DNA from: a virus
Taxonomy: Duplodnaviria > Caudoviricetes
Direction: 5' to 3' (one strand)
IMG/VR virus record: IMGVR_UViG_3300012940_000024
Span: 1-64,000 of that record
Length of the DNA stretch: 64,000 bases
Shown here: positions 39,705 to 49,957 of the stretch, one piece after another
Position numbering within the stretch: position 1 is the stretch's first letter
Layout: each line of letters starts with the position of its first letter
The notes under the pieces: model-generated
Seen by the model: only the letters and a program-made list of their open reading frames with translations
Told to the model about the DNA's origin: nothing
Database searches by the model: none
Translations under genes and position numbers: made by a program

Positions 39705-40427
39705 TTAATATTTAATGAAGTGGATCATTTCAGTGCCCACATCAGGTTTGAAAATATCTAAAGTCATATCGAAAACGGAAGCATCACCTTCGGCTTCCAT
39801 TGTGATCTCGAAAGCAGAGTTGATTTTAGCTTGTGGAATAACAATTTGCCAAGCTTCTTCTTCTTTTGTCTCATAGTTAATAATAGTTGTATCACCAACA
39901 ACTTTATAGAATCCACTGAAACGGTCAGAACGAATAGTAAATTTTTCAATTTTTTCTGCCTTTTCATAAGTGTAATATGCAATAACTTTAGAAGAAGTTA
40001 AAGTAGTTTCAACTTCCGTTCCGGCAGGTTCATTAATTGTTTCTGAATCTTCAATATCAAAGTTGTATCCATCTTCTGTAGCATATAAACGTACATCAGA
40101 ATTTGGTTGTTGTGATAAAGTAACAGTTCCAGCTTCAATATCTAGCACTTCACGCATATGAATAGATTGAGCAGATGTTTCAACTTCAACACCAGCTTGC
40201 AATGCAATTGACTTAGGATTCATTAAAGCATCTTGAATTTCAAAAGTTGCTGTTCTATTGTAGTCAAATGCTAACAAACGTGGATTCCCACGACCTCCTG
40301 TGATATAAGTACGTTCAGCATCATTTGACATATTACTTAATTTTAATGTATCAAGGAATAATACTGGATTACCTTGTTGATCGTAGAAAGTCACATCACA
40401 AACTTCACGACTACCAAATCTTGCCAT
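39705..40427 (-). CDS. Major tail tube protein (YomU-like)
   Basis: RFGSREVCDVTFYD...LDTLKLS...GGRGNPRLLAFD...GDASVFDMTLD. Confidence 0.8.
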   Translation of the reverse strand: MARFGSREVCDVTFYDQQGNPVLFLDTLKLSNMSNDAERTYITGGRGNPRLLAFDYNRTATFEIQDALMNPKSIALQAGVEVETSAQSIHMREVLDIEAGTVTLSQQPNSDVRLYATEDGYNFDIEDSETINEPAGTEVETTLTSSKVIAYYTYEKAEKIEKFTIRSDRFSGFYKVVGDTTIINYETKEEEAWQIVIPQAKINSAFEITMEAEGDASVFDMTLDIFKPDVGTEMIHFIKY

Positions 40428-40439
40428 AAATAATTCCTC

Positions 40440-41171
40440 CTAAGAATTTATTTTGGTTGACCAATGCTTCAACTTAACATTTTTTGCACCTTGCATCATT
40501 GCAGAAATGCCAGTTTCATATTGATCAATGTGAATTAATCTTTTGTATTTATCATAAATTTCAAATATTGTGTAATTTAATAATTCATCTTTACTGATAT
40601 TTCCTTTAACTGAAATAGCAGAAATAATATCAAACAAATCTGTACTATCATCATTTTCACGACTTTTGATTCGTTTTACTTCTTCTCTAGTTCGCTTTAA
40701 TTTTTCTTGTATTTCTTTAGCTTTACTATTACTCACTGAAATTTCTGTATTATTTTCTACAGATTTAAAATAATTTTGAAGTTGAATGACATGGCACAAA
40801 TCATCATAATTTAATCGGGTAATAAATCGAAGATCTTCACTAGTTGAACCAACAGCAATGATCATTTTTTCTTTGACAATTGTAATTTGCTCCTGCAATA
40901 TTACCTCTAAAGCTTCTTTCATCATTTTTTCAACAAGTGGATCTTCTGCCATCATGAGAAAATCAAACACTGTTAATTCTTCCGGTGGATTCTCCATAAA
41001 CTGTTCTTTTTTAAAAGTGAAAATTTTAACATAATGTAAGTAATTGATATAACCAATATCAATTATCTGACTCAATGTTAAGGGTTTTACTTCTCCGAAA
41101 TTATCTATGATGATTGGCTTACCAGTTAACAATCTTAATTTGTTATCAATAGTCAACTGCATGAATATCAT
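40440..41171 (-). CDS. Tail-associated protein (YomV-like)
   Basis: Position; DIISAIS...TIFEIYD...RL...D...SAMMQGA...HW ending. Confidence 0.55.
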   Translation of the reverse strand: MIFMQLTIDNKLRLLTGKPIIIDNFGEVKPLTLSQIIDIGYINYLHYVKIFTFKKEQFMENPPEELTVFDFLMMAEDPLVEKMMKEALEVILQEQITIVKEKMIIAVGSTSEDLRFITRLNYDDLCHVIQLQNYFKSVENNTEISVSNSKAKEIQEKLKRTREEVKRIKSRENDDSTDLFDIISAISVKGNISKDELLNYTIFEIYDKYKRLIHIDQYETGISAMMQGAKNVKLKHWSTKINS

Positions 41172-41640
41172 TCCATCTGATTATTTGACCTTGTATTCGC
41201 ATACACTGAAACTGATCATTAACTGCTAAATGTGTCATTTCTTCAAAACTACATACATCTTTCAGTGCATAAACAATATGTCTTGCTATTTCATATGGTC
41301 TAATCTTTTTCTTTTTATTTGAGTCAATAATTGTCCAAATTGAGGAATGGACAACTATATCAATAAATACCATGCAATTTTCTAGAATTTGATTATTTTC
41401 AAATTCTAAAATTGGAAAATAAATATGAATTTGTGACCTAATATCAGCGGTGTAATCTATGTCAAATGGGTGAGGGAGTATTCTTTCTTTTTTCCCAAAT
41501 GGTGCTATTTCTACTGGATTGAAATTCGGTTGATCTAAAGGATTGGATTGTGTGTAATAAACCAATTTTGCTAATTCCATATTGGTTAGGAGTGAACCCA
41601 TTAGTTTAACTAGATCATCTGAAAGAGTTAAAAGCTTCAT
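41146..41640 (-). CDS. Tail terminator-like protein (YomW-like)
   Basis: Position upstream of the major tail gene; IDIVVH..IW...RPYEI. Confidence 0.5.
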   Translation of the reverse strand: MKLLTLSDDLVKLMGSLLTNMELAKLVYYTQSNPLDQPNFNPVEIAPFGKKERILPHPFDIDYTADIRSQIHIYFPILEFENNQILENCMVFIDIVVHSSIWTIIDSNKKKKIRPYEIARHIVYALKDVCSFEEMTHLAVNDQFQCMRIQGQIIRWNDIHAVDY

Positions 41641-42300
41641 TTACCATTCACCCCAATTACTTCCAATATTATCAGCAACATCAGTTTCTAAGTCATCATT
41701 GGCACTCAACAGACTTTGTTCTGCTCTAAATTCAATGAAACCTTTACCGAAATTTACATTAGAAATAGCATCAATCCCACGAATTTCATATGGAATATCA
41801 TTGATAATAAATCTTTGTAAATGGTTAATTTTTTTTGTATCATTGTTATATGGAACACGAATAGTCACAGCATTATCAGCTATGATTATTTGTTCTTCTT
41901 GATCTAAGTCAAATTTTTTATTTTCAACAACTGCTGGATAGAGTTTCATCATGCCTTCTTCATCATTCCATCTTAACCATTCATTACACAGCTTTACATA
42001 AGCAGTAGGGTAGACAGTGTTATCTTTGGTGTTTTCAACTAACCAATGAGTTTCATCAAAATTAATAATATCTCCCTTAAAAATTTCTGTGTCCGGTCTA
42101 AAGAGAATAGATAGCTGATTGTTACTTTTTTCACGATCTATCCTAGCATCAACTTTATAGCCATTTAAAAACACCTTTTTATAATTTGGAGCATCTTTGA
42201 AAGTATGATCGACAAAATACTTTGTATTTTCTTCCATTTCTTCCATAGGATTATGTGAACTCATTCTTCTGCGATAATTATAAAGATCCATTGTTTTCAC
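41641..42300 (-). CDS. Head closure/stopper-like protein (YomX-like)
   Basis: GDII.F...HWLV...LCNEWLRW pattern; neck gene position. Confidence 0.55.
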   Translation of the reverse strand: MKTMDLYNYRRRMSSHNPMEEMEENTKYFVDHTFKDAPNYKKVFLNGYKVDARIDREKSNNQLSILFRPDTEIFKGDIINFDETHWLVENTKDNTVYPTAYVKLCNEWLRWNDEEGMMKLYPAVVENKKFDLDQEEQIIIADNAVTIRVPYNNDTKKINHLQRFIINDIPYEIRGIDAISNVNFGKGFIEFRAEQSLLSANDDLETDVADNIGSNWGEW

Positions 42301-42610
42301 CTAAATTCTTTTTCATTTTTTTAACAATGGATATGGATTTAAATACATCTGATCGAAATTCCTCAAATTTTATATCATTACTTATCAAATTCTCCAAAGT
42401 TCCAGCTAAACTTAAAAATTCTTTTTCATAAAGTAAACCTTCCATTAATGTTGAATTTCCTATAAGTTCTCGAATTAAACTTTGGATATACATAGGAAGG
42501 GTAGGACATTGTTCTTCTTTCATTGGCAAAATTTTGAAAATTTTGTCAATGTATCCTTCTAATCCTACTTCTACAGTGACATTAGAAAGTTTTCCATATT
42601 TAGTATCCAT
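42278..42610 (-). CDS. Hypothetical neck-region protein
   Basis: 110 aa, coupled to neighbours. Confidence 0.6.
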   Translation of the reverse strand: MDTKYGKLSNVTVEVGLEGYIDKIFKILPMKEEQCPTLPMYIQSLIRELIGNSTLMEGLLYEKEFLSLAGTLENLISNDIKFEEFRSDVFKSISIVKKMKKNLGENNGSL

Positions 42611-43032
42611 CAGTTTAATCCACCTATACCGTCTTTATAGGAATATTGGCTCATTAAATGATTTACTTCACTTTTAATTTGATTTTTAAGTTCTAGCATT
42701 TTAGAAAGATGATTCGCTTGGCTATATATTTTGTATTCTTTTGTACCTAAAAATTGCTTCATATTTTCAGTAGCAATGATTTTAGGGTTTAAGTATTCAA
42801 TAACCATTAACAAAGCTAGGATCTCAATTTCAAGATCTGTCAAATCACGCTCAAATTCTTTAAATGTCAGATCCTTATCTAAACGATTTCCGGCAGAAAA
42901 GAATTTTGCACAAGCACTTCTTAGATATTTTTCAAATTCTTCTTCTAATTCTTCATCAGTAAATTTTACAAATGAATAATCAGAAACTTTTGAAAGGAAA
43001 AAGCTATATACATCTTCAAAAGGGGTTGCCAT
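42610..43032 (-). CDS. Head-tail adaptor (YomZ-like)
   Basis: MATPFEDVYSFFLSKVSDY...EIEILA.LM..E...SQANHL. Confidence 0.6.
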   Translation of the reverse strand: MATPFEDVYSFFLSKVSDYSFVKFTDEELEEEFEKYLRSACAKFFSAGNRLDKDLTFKEFERDLTDLEIEILALLMVIEYLNPKIIATENMKQFLGTKEYKIYSQANHLSKMLELKNQIKSEVNHLMSQYSYKDGIGGLN

Positions 43033-43043
43033 TGAAATACCCC

Positions 43044-43697
43044 CTAACTACTTAATTTGACATTAAATACATCTTCAATTGCTTTTACTTTTTGAACACT
43101 ATCTAATTCCTTAGACTTTATTTTTTCTTTAGCCTTTGACACAACTACATGTGCTAATCCTTTAGGTATGGATTCAATTACTTCAATAAATTGATTTATA
43201 GGCATACTAAAAATGCCATCAATTTTTGTGGCATAAGTTAATTTTTTATACATTTTTGTCAATCCTAAATAATCAACAATTTCATCATCTAAAATAATCA
43301 AGAAAGGTTCGTCAAGAAAGACTCTTTGACTTGTCCTCATTGTCAGTAATTCGTATAATTCGATATATTCAATGTCACCATAATTTTCAAATCGGTATTC
43401 ACAGCCAGTTTTCCGGCTAATATAAATAAGTTTTCCATTAGTTACATTCATAATTGGAACTAAAATATTATTGTCAAGAACTTCTTTTCTTTTTATAATG
43501 CTTTTATATTGAGGTGTATCGTCTACTTTTTCCTTTGCTTTTTCTTCCATTTCAGCTTTTACTTTTGCTAATGCTTCTTCATATAACTGCTTTTTTAATG
43601 CTTCAATATCTATAGTAGGGGATTCTTTTGTAACAGTAGCTTTAGACTCTACTTTTGATTTAGACTCTACTTTTGATTTAGACTCTTTTTTTGCCAT
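43044..43697 (-). CDS. Head-associated protein (YonA-like)
   Basis: Follows the capsid gene; basic repeated N-terminus. Confidence 0.6.
   Translation of the reverse strand: MAKKESKSKVESKSKVESKATVTKESPTIDIEALKKQLYEEALAKVKAEMEEKAKEKVDDTPQYKSIIKRKEVLDNNILVPIMNVTNGKLIYISRKTGCEYRFENYGDIEYIELYELLTMRTSQRVFLDEPFLIILDDEIVDYLGLTKMYKKLTYATKIDGIFSMPINQFIEVIESIPKGLAHVVVSKAKEKIKSKELDSVQKVKAIEDVFNVKLSS
43641..43686. repeat. 18-bp tandem repeat, ~2.6 copies, in-frame (ESKSKV)
   Basis: tttagactctacttttga x2 plus tttagactct. Confidence 0.9.
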
Positions 43698-43743
43698 AAA
43701 AAAAACTCCTTTTACTCTTTTCTTTTAACAATCATTAAATAGT

Positions 43744-44721
43744 CTATTCCATGCGATAAATAGCATAATTTTCAGAAGCTAAGACCGCAAAACCAGCTTT
43801 TTTGATGAAACGGTATTCTCTTTGCATGTCTTTTCTACCTTCTGTCACTTCTTCAATTAAGCTATCGCCTTCAAGAATTAGTTTTACAAATGGTTCTAAT
43901 CCATTTGGAGCAATGATTAAGAAATTGTTATTAATAGCAAAATCATCTGTTCCGGCTTTATGAGTTTGACGAATTTCAACTAATGGAGATCCATTAAATA
44001 CTCCGATATAACCCATACGATTACGTTCATCAAGCATGTCATCAGTAAGAGTAGAACGAACAACTTTAGACAATGCAGATTTTGTACCTAAGATCATAGC
44101 TTGGCTGTTAGTGCTTGCTTCTACATGAGCAATTAGATCAATTAATGTGTTTTCTGAAAACGCACCAGTAGCACGATAAGTTGCATTTAATTGATCGAAA
44201 GAATTGTAAATAGCATTGTAAATTTCTTCTTGAATTTTTGCATTGTAAGAACGTGCAACAACATCAATCATACGGTCAAAAGAAACTCTACCAGCAAGGA
44301 TGCGGTGTAATTCTTCATAAATTGCTACAGCGTAAGTTTTAGTACGGACAGTTACTTCCGAACTGTCTAGTCTATCCCTACGAATATCACCATTACCGTC
44401 TGCAACAATACTTACATCAAACAAACGATTTTCCGGCAAAGTAAATACTTGGGTATCGCCCCAATCCAGTTGAACAGTTTCAACAAAGTCTTGGAATTGA
44501 TCTGTGATACCTTCTGAAATTGCAATATCTAAAACCTGTTCAATGATTTCAAACATTTCCGGATGTTTGCGGAAAGACTTAGGATTTAATTTGTCACTTC
44601 CACCGTTTAATTCAATTAATTCTTGTCTAAGAACTTCATTAGCTTCATCTTTTGAATAATTGGTAATTTTGCCCTTTCTAAGATCAAGGGCTAATTTTAC
44701 TAATTCTTTGCTCATTATCAT
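43744..44721 (-). CDS. Major capsid protein (YonB-like)
   Basis: 325 aa after protease and decoration genes; strong RBS AAGGAGG; IYEELHRILAGRV...GVFNGSPLVEI. Confidence 0.8.
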   Translation of the reverse strand: MIMSKELVKLALDLRKGKITNYSKDEANEVLRQELIELNGGSDKLNPKSFRKHPEMFEIIEQVLDIAISEGITDQFQDFVETVQLDWGDTQVFTLPENRLFDVSIVADGNGDIRRDRLDSSEVTVRTKTYAVAIYEELHRILAGRVSFDRMIDVVARSYNAKIQEEIYNAIYNSFDQLNATYRATGAFSENTLIDLIAHVEASTNSQAMILGTKSALSKVVRSTLTDDMLDERNRMGYIGVFNGSPLVEIRQTHKAGTDDFAINNNFLIIAPNGLEPFVKLILEGDSLIEEVTEGRKDMQREYRFIKKAGFAVLASENYAIYRME

Positions 44722-44731
44722 TTCCTCCTTA

Positions 44732-44750
44732 AAGAATATTTGGTTATTTG
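44732..44750 (-). promoter_or_regulatory. Late-gene junction motif copy 4
   Basis: CAAATAACCAAATATTCTT then TAAGGAGGAAATGAT. Confidence 0.65.
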
Positions 44751-44752
44751 TA

Positions 44753-45220
44753 CTAAGCTGAAATAACTCGTAGAGCGTAAGCTGGTTGATTATTGTAACC
44801 TAGAGTAGTTGCTTCAATTACTTCAAATTGCAATCTTGCACCTTCAACAACAGCACCTAATTTGTATTCATCAACTTGTGGTGAAACAATATCACCAACA
44901 TCAGGTGCTTCAAGGAATAAATCTTCTGTTAAAGTGATTACGTCACCAACAGTAAGATGATATAAACGACATTCTTCACCTATTTCAACATAAAAATCTT
45001 CTAGTGCTGATTGTCGTGGATCATACATAACCTCTGGACTAGCATGTAATAGTACCTCAGTAGCTAGTACATCAGCAGGAGCAGTAATAGCGTAAGTCTC
45101 ACGCTGACCTGCAATTAAACCTCTTAATGCAACAAAATAACCATTTAACATAACATCTTCTTCATTACGACCATTAGAAAGGTGATTTCCAGTAATTTTA
45201 TCTAATCTAACAATAGCCAT
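44753..45220 (-). CDS. Head decoration/capsid cement protein (YonC-like)
   Basis: 155 aa between scaffold/protease and capsid genes. Confidence 0.6.
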   Translation of the reverse strand: MAIVRLDKITGNHLSNGRNEEDVMLNGYFVALRGLIAGQRETYAITAPADVLATEVLLHASPEVMYDPRQSALEDFYVEIGEECRLYHLTVGDVITLTEDLFLEAPDVGDIVSPQVDEYKLGAVVEGARLQFEVIEATTLGYNNQPAYALRVISA

Positions 45221-45235
45221 ATCATTTCCTCCTTA

Positions 45236-45254
45236 AAGAATATTTAGGTATTTG
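45236..45254 (-). promoter_or_regulatory. Late-gene junction motif copy 5
   Basis: CAAATACCTAAATATTCTT then TAAGGAGGAAATGAT. Confidence 0.65.
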
Positions 45255-45256
45255 AT

Positions 45257-46699
45257 TTATTTTTTTAAATGCTTTTCAAATAAATGATGGTAAGATGGTT
45301 TGCTTTCATCATTTGAATCATTTGGCGTTACATAGAATTTTGCAAATTGAGTAGATTTTTTAGTTTTTTCACTAACCTGTTTTTTACCTAAAATGGCATA
45401 TAATTTTTCTTCAATTTCATCAATTGTATAGTGATAAATTTTTTCACGTATTTCTTTTACATCAGAATCATTTAATTTTTCAAAAGAAGATATAAGTGCT
45501 TCTACTTTTGCTTTATGATCTTCTTTTTCACGATTCTTTTTATACTTAGCTAATTCATCACGTTCTTTAACTACTTTTTCAAATTCTTTTTGAAGTTCTT
45601 CATATTTTTCTTTCAATTCATTTTCATCTTTTTCATCAGAATCATTAGTAAATTCTTTGTCATCACCGGATTGTTTTGAATCGAGTTCATCATCTTTAGA
45701 AGTCTTTTCATCATCTTTTGGATCTTCTTTTTGACCTTTAGGCTCATTTTCATCAACCTCTGATTTCTTTTCATCTTTTTCATATTCAGAATTGTCATTA
45801 TCACCTTTTGTATCTTTATCACTGTTTTGATTGTCTACTTTACTTTCTTTGTTGGATTGATCATCTTTTTGTTCAGCTTCTTTTTTGATTCTTTCTAATT
45901 CAGCTTTAAATTCATCAATGTTACTATCAGAATAGGCATGAATATCGACACCAGCTTCGATAACTTGTTCTCTAGTCAGATCATAGGATTTAAGCAATTC
46001 CTCAATATTCACTTGTTGAACCTCCTTTGAATATTTATTTGCATACTCCTTCATCATTTTTGCAATTTCCATTTTCAATTTATCCATTGAAAATTTCATT
46101 TCAACTTTTGCGGAGTTCATGGCTGGCTCAACATCATTTCCTAAAATAGCACAGCCATCAAATTTAAAATTCTCGAATACAAACAATCCATCTTCATTGA
46201 AATATCCACTATATTTTTCGGATAATTCCATTGATTGACCTTTAACTAAATCTCTTGAAATGATTTCAACTGCATCATCAAATTTTTTCCATACAATTGC
46301 ATCAACAACTAAGTATTCTCTTTCAACACCATCATCACCCACCATAAATTCCCATCTAGCATTATTCTGTTCGGGAATTACACCGTAGGCTTGACCAATA
46401 TACTTCCATTTAAATTCTCCATCTTCAATAACAAGATCAATTTCATGTCCGGCAAAATCTTTACCATTTTCATCTCTTTTTACAAAAGCAAGAAGGGGAG
46501 TATTGGCTAAAGTAGGGATAGCACTATTCACAGCTTCTTTTGTAAAAATCGATCCATTGTAATTTTCACCAGTATGAAGAACATAAATTTTTACTTCTAA
46601 AAATCTTTCATCAATCTCTCTGCTTTGCTGATATTGAATTGGAATATGTGTGAATTTATATTTCCTCTGAATTTCATTCATCTTTTTCACCCCCTTCAA
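45257..46699 (-). CDS. Prohead protease/scaffold fusion (YonD-like)
   Basis: HTGENYNGS, GHE, GQSMEL, GCAILG..VEPA protease domain plus D/E/K-rich scaffold tail. Confidence 0.75.
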   Translation of the reverse strand: MKGVKKMNEIQRKYKFTHIPIQYQQSREIDERFLEVKIYVLHTGENYNGSIFTKEAVNSAIPTLANTPLLAFVKRDENGKDFAGHEIDLVIEDGEFKWKYIGQAYGVIPEQNNARWEFMVGDDGVEREYLVVDAIVWKKFDDAVEIISRDLVKGQSMELSEKYSGYFNEDGLFVFENFKFDGCAILGNDVEPAMNSAKVEMKFSMDKLKMEIAKMMKEYANKYSKEVQQVNIEELLKSYDLTREQVIEAGVDIHAYSDSNIDEFKAELERIKKEAEQKDDQSNKESKVDNQNSDKDTKGDNDNSEYEKDEKKSEVDENEPKGQKEDPKDDEKTSKDDELDSKQSGDDKEFTNDSDEKDENELKEKYEELQKEFEKVVKERDELAKYKKNREKEDHKAKVEALISSFEKLNDSDVKEIREKIYHYTIDEIEEKLYAILGKKQVSEKTKKSTQFAKFYVTPNDSNDESKPSYHHLFEKHLKK

Positions 46700-46705
46700 A
46701 TGGAA

Positions 46706-48229
46706 TTATTCACGATTCGCATTGTCATCTCGATTCTGTTGTCCTTCACCTTTTTCAGTTAATTCATCCTCATTCTTTTGCGGTCTGCCAGCTTCATTAC
46801 CAGCTTCTTTAACATCTTTGTTAGATTGAGTATGAGAAGATTGTAAAGGAATAAATTCATCAATTAGATTCAAGAATGTATTTTCTAGATAAGCCATATT
46901 TTTAACACTAGATGGAGAAACACCTAAAACGGATGCCAACATTAATTTCACTGGAAATCCGTACTGACCAACTTTGATTAACTGATCTATCGTTTCTTCA
47001 CGATTAAATACAGTTACATCTAGCATTTTAATTTTAAATTTCACATTACCTTTAATAGCAATTTTTAATTTTCGGTTAATCCATCTTTCAATTTGTCTTA
47101 AAACCGCAAATACTTCCTGTTCATCCACTTTGATGCTTTTTGCTAAATTGGCTTGGGATGCATTACTTCCATTAAAAAGTAAAGAGGAAGTACCAGCAGA
47201 TGAATAAAATTCCCTTTCAGCTTCTTCAATCTTATCTGTATCTGATTTATCTCTTGTGAAATCAATTGTTTCTACATCAAAAGGAACAGTTAACAATCCA
47301 ATTTCTTCCGGAGTTGTTTCTGATACACGATTATGAAACATAGTGACATTTGGCAAGTCGATAAGAAAATCATTATTCACACCACTATCTTTTCTTATCG
47401 GAATTTTCTGAACAATGAATTTATAGTTATCAACTGTGGTAGCTGTTTTCTTTAATGCTTTGTAATCTTCAATATCAAAAATTGAAGCAAAAACATTAGA
47501 GAAGGGAGGAAGATCATAATCAAGATGATCATTAATTTTTATACAAACAGTTTTAGTAGAATCTAATTCAATCCATTGACCTTCTGTACCATTTTTATAT
47601 TTGTTATATAATTTTTTAAATTCTTTTGGATAAAGTTCTAATTGTAATTGATTCCGGTCAAAATACTGAAAGTTAAATGAGAAATTATATACTCCATCTT
47701 CTATACTACTTATTTGACAATATTCATTCGGTAAAATCTGAATAAAGTAGCTGTCTGTTCCTTCATGTTCATAGCCATAAAAAGTATCATTTACCCATGC
47801 AACTTTTAAGGCTTTTGAAAATTCATGTTTGATATTCATTAGATCTAGTAATTGATTGGTTCTTTCATAAGCAGTTTTAAATGATTTATCATTAACTTTT
47901 TCTAAATTCAAATTAAAAGGCTCAATAATATAATCCAATGTAGGCATGTTAGCAAAATAATTAATTAATCGCCTATAGTGAGGGGATGCACGATATAAAC
48001 CTTGTGAAAGATCTCCTAATTCTTTTGAATAACGAATAGGGTTATCCAAATATGTTTTTACATCATCTTTTGTGTATTTCTTAACTATCGGATTATTTCT
48101 TTCATTTAAATCTTTTAATATCATTCCCGACATTGTAGCAAAATTTAAATCAACACTTTGTCTTTTAAATTCTTGCTCTTTATCAGTATCTTTTTTCTTT
48201 TTGTTAGAGATTTTTGTTTCAACCATCAT
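46706..48229 (-). CDS. Portal protein (YonE-like)
   Basis: 507 aa after the terminase; YRRLINYFA, PLQSSHTQS, AGRP C-terminal motifs. Confidence 0.8.
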   Translation of the reverse strand: MMVETKISNKKKKDTDKEQEFKRQSVDLNFATMSGMILKDLNERNNPIVKKYTKDDVKTYLDNPIRYSKELGDLSQGLYRASPHYRRLINYFANMPTLDYIIEPFNLNLEKVNDKSFKTAYERTNQLLDLMNIKHEFSKALKVAWVNDTFYGYEHEGTDSYFIQILPNEYCQISSIEDGVYNFSFNFQYFDRNQLQLELYPKEFKKLYNKYKNGTEGQWIELDSTKTVCIKINDHLDYDLPPFSNVFASIFDIEDYKALKKTATTVDNYKFIVQKIPIRKDSGVNNDFLIDLPNVTMFHNRVSETTPEEIGLLTVPFDVETIDFTRDKSDTDKIEEAEREFYSSAGTSSLLFNGSNASQANLAKSIKVDEQEVFAVLRQIERWINRKLKIAIKGNVKFKIKMLDVTVFNREETIDQLIKVGQYGFPVKLMLASVLGVSPSSVKNMAYLENTFLNLIDEFIPLQSSHTQSNKDVKEAGNEAGRPQKNEDELTEKGEGQQNRDDNANRE

Positions 48230-48238
48230 TCCACCTCC

Positions 48239-49957
48239 TTACCTCCGGCTTTTTGCTTTTCTACCTAAGAAGAAACTTGAAATATCTACAACATTTTCTC
48301 GTCTAGCTTTATTCTGTCTCTCTTTATTAACGATCCAAAATAGACCGTATTCAACAGCACTGAAACGGTCTTTTCCGATACTTTTACTTATTTGCTTTAC
48401 TTTTGTATTTGTACCACTTTGATAATACTCTAAATTCATAAGTTCCTCTTGAAGAAAATCCGTTTCAACATACGGTCTTAAAATTCGAGTCATTTCATCT
48501 GGCTCTTTTTTCTTCATTTTATTCTTCATATGATGTTCAGTTTGTAAAAATTTCACTTGATGTTGTGATATAGCACTAATGAAAATATTATGAATATCAC
48601 TAGCATTTGTTTCTTTTGTTTGTGATTTAATACAGTAGACCATTGGAACTGAATTTTGCAATTTGTATTTATCATATCTTGAATCATTTACGACTGAATA
48701 AGCCGGATTACTGTCACATTCTGTTATGAGATAATCAATAACACCAGCACCTATACCGTTGGCATCACAAATTAATATTTCCGCATTAAAATCATTGACT
48801 TTCTGTTTTAAAAAGATCGCTTGATTTCTAAAGTGAGTACCTTCCATTGAATATAAATTCACAAGAAACTTTTGATAACTTCCATCACCACGATCTATAC
48901 ATTTAAATACAGCAAGAGAAGAAAGGGCATTTTGACTTCCTTCTGCTCTACTCACATCATAAGATAAAACATACATTGCATTTTTATCTGTGGCTTTATC
49001 TTCTGCTTTTTCAATAGTCCGGCATCTTCTAAAGTCCTCTAAACTCACCAGTGAGTTTTCACTAGTTCCTGACCAAATAGAAGCATATTCACGTTCCCAT
49101 GATAATAAATTAAAGGTAGAATCTTCTCTCAAATCTTGGATATATTGAGCAGATAATAGGTTATGCATAACTGGAAGTTCAAAACTAGCACCCAAACAAA
49201 ATGCTGATTTTCCTTCAACCATATCTCTCATGACTTCCATATGCTTTTCAAAAGCGTATGTTTGTTTAGCACCAGCAGTTGTTACATATGTAACAGGCTT
49301 GCTAATTTCATGAGGATCTTCTCCACCACACATAGCTATCCTATTATTTGCTAAAATCGGCATAATTACACTGTTAAGAACATCTTTATCAAAACGTTCA
49401 TGAATAATTTCTTCTACTGACAATCCATGTCTCCTTAAACCACGACTTGATTCAGCTAAAGCAACACAGTCAAATCTTGCTCCATTCCAAAACGTCAAAC
49501 GAGTATAGTCTTTTTCAAATCGTATCTCTTTGACTTCTCTTTTGAGGATAGGAAAGAAATCCCAAATTGCTTCAATATTTGCTTGGCTGATACCACTTGC
49601 CATTTGTTTCTGTGGAGCAGTAATTGTCAATTTAATTTTTGGATAGAATATACAGCGTAAATATAAAGCTAAAATTTGCAAGAAAGACTTTGAACTACCC
49701 CTCGCCAGTACAAAAAATGTAACCCGATACCTAAACATGATTCTAAGTATTAAACGCTGATAAAAAAATAAAACAAATGGAGAATTAGAATCTAAAATCA
49801 TATCCAAAAATAAATCCGGTTTAGAACGGAAAAGGGCTAAGTATTTTCTCCAATCTTTTTCCATTTCTTTAAAGCTTTTAACGGATGTGATTTTTTTACT
49901 AAAATCATGATCCTCATTTGTTTCAATTTTTTTTGCAAAATTATCATAAGTAGCCAT
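48239..49957 (-). CDS. Terminase large subunit (YonF-like)
   Basis: LARGSSKS Walker A, RGLRRHGLSVEE Walker B, YVLSYDVSR and KDRFSA nuclease motifs. Confidence 0.9.
   Translation of the reverse strand: MATYDNFAKKIETNEDHDFSKKITSVKSFKEMEKDWRKYLALFRSKPDLFLDMILDSNSPFVLFFYQRLILRIMFRYRVTFFVLARGSSKSFLQILALYLRCIFYPKIKLTITAPQKQMASGISQANIEAIWDFFPILKREVKEIRFEKDYTRLTFWNGARFDCVALAESSRGLRRHGLSVEEIIHERFDKDVLNSVIMPILANNRIAMCGGEDPHEISKPVTYVTTAGAKQTYAFEKHMEVMRDMVEGKSAFCLGASFELPVMHNLLSAQYIQDLREDSTFNLLSWEREYASIWSGTSENSLVSLEDFRRCRTIEKAEDKATDKNAMYVLSYDVSRAEGSQNALSSLAVFKCIDRGDGSYQKFLVNLYSMEGTHFRNQAIFLKQKVNDFNAEILICDANGIGAGVIDYLITECDSNPAYSVVNDSRYDKYKLQNSVPMVYCIKSQTKETNASDIHNIFISAISQHQVKFLQTEHHMKNKMKKKEPDEMTRILRPYVETDFLQEELMNLEYYQSGTNTKVKQISKSIGKDRFSAVEYGLFWIVNKERQNKARRENVVDISSFFLGRKAKSRR

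Noticed and set aside
17620-48422. Numerous short plus-strand ORFs opposite the structural genes (e.g. 17620, 19578, 29637, 33797, 35717, 48072)
   Set aside because: Antisense shadows of long minus-strand genes, with biased composition and no RBS
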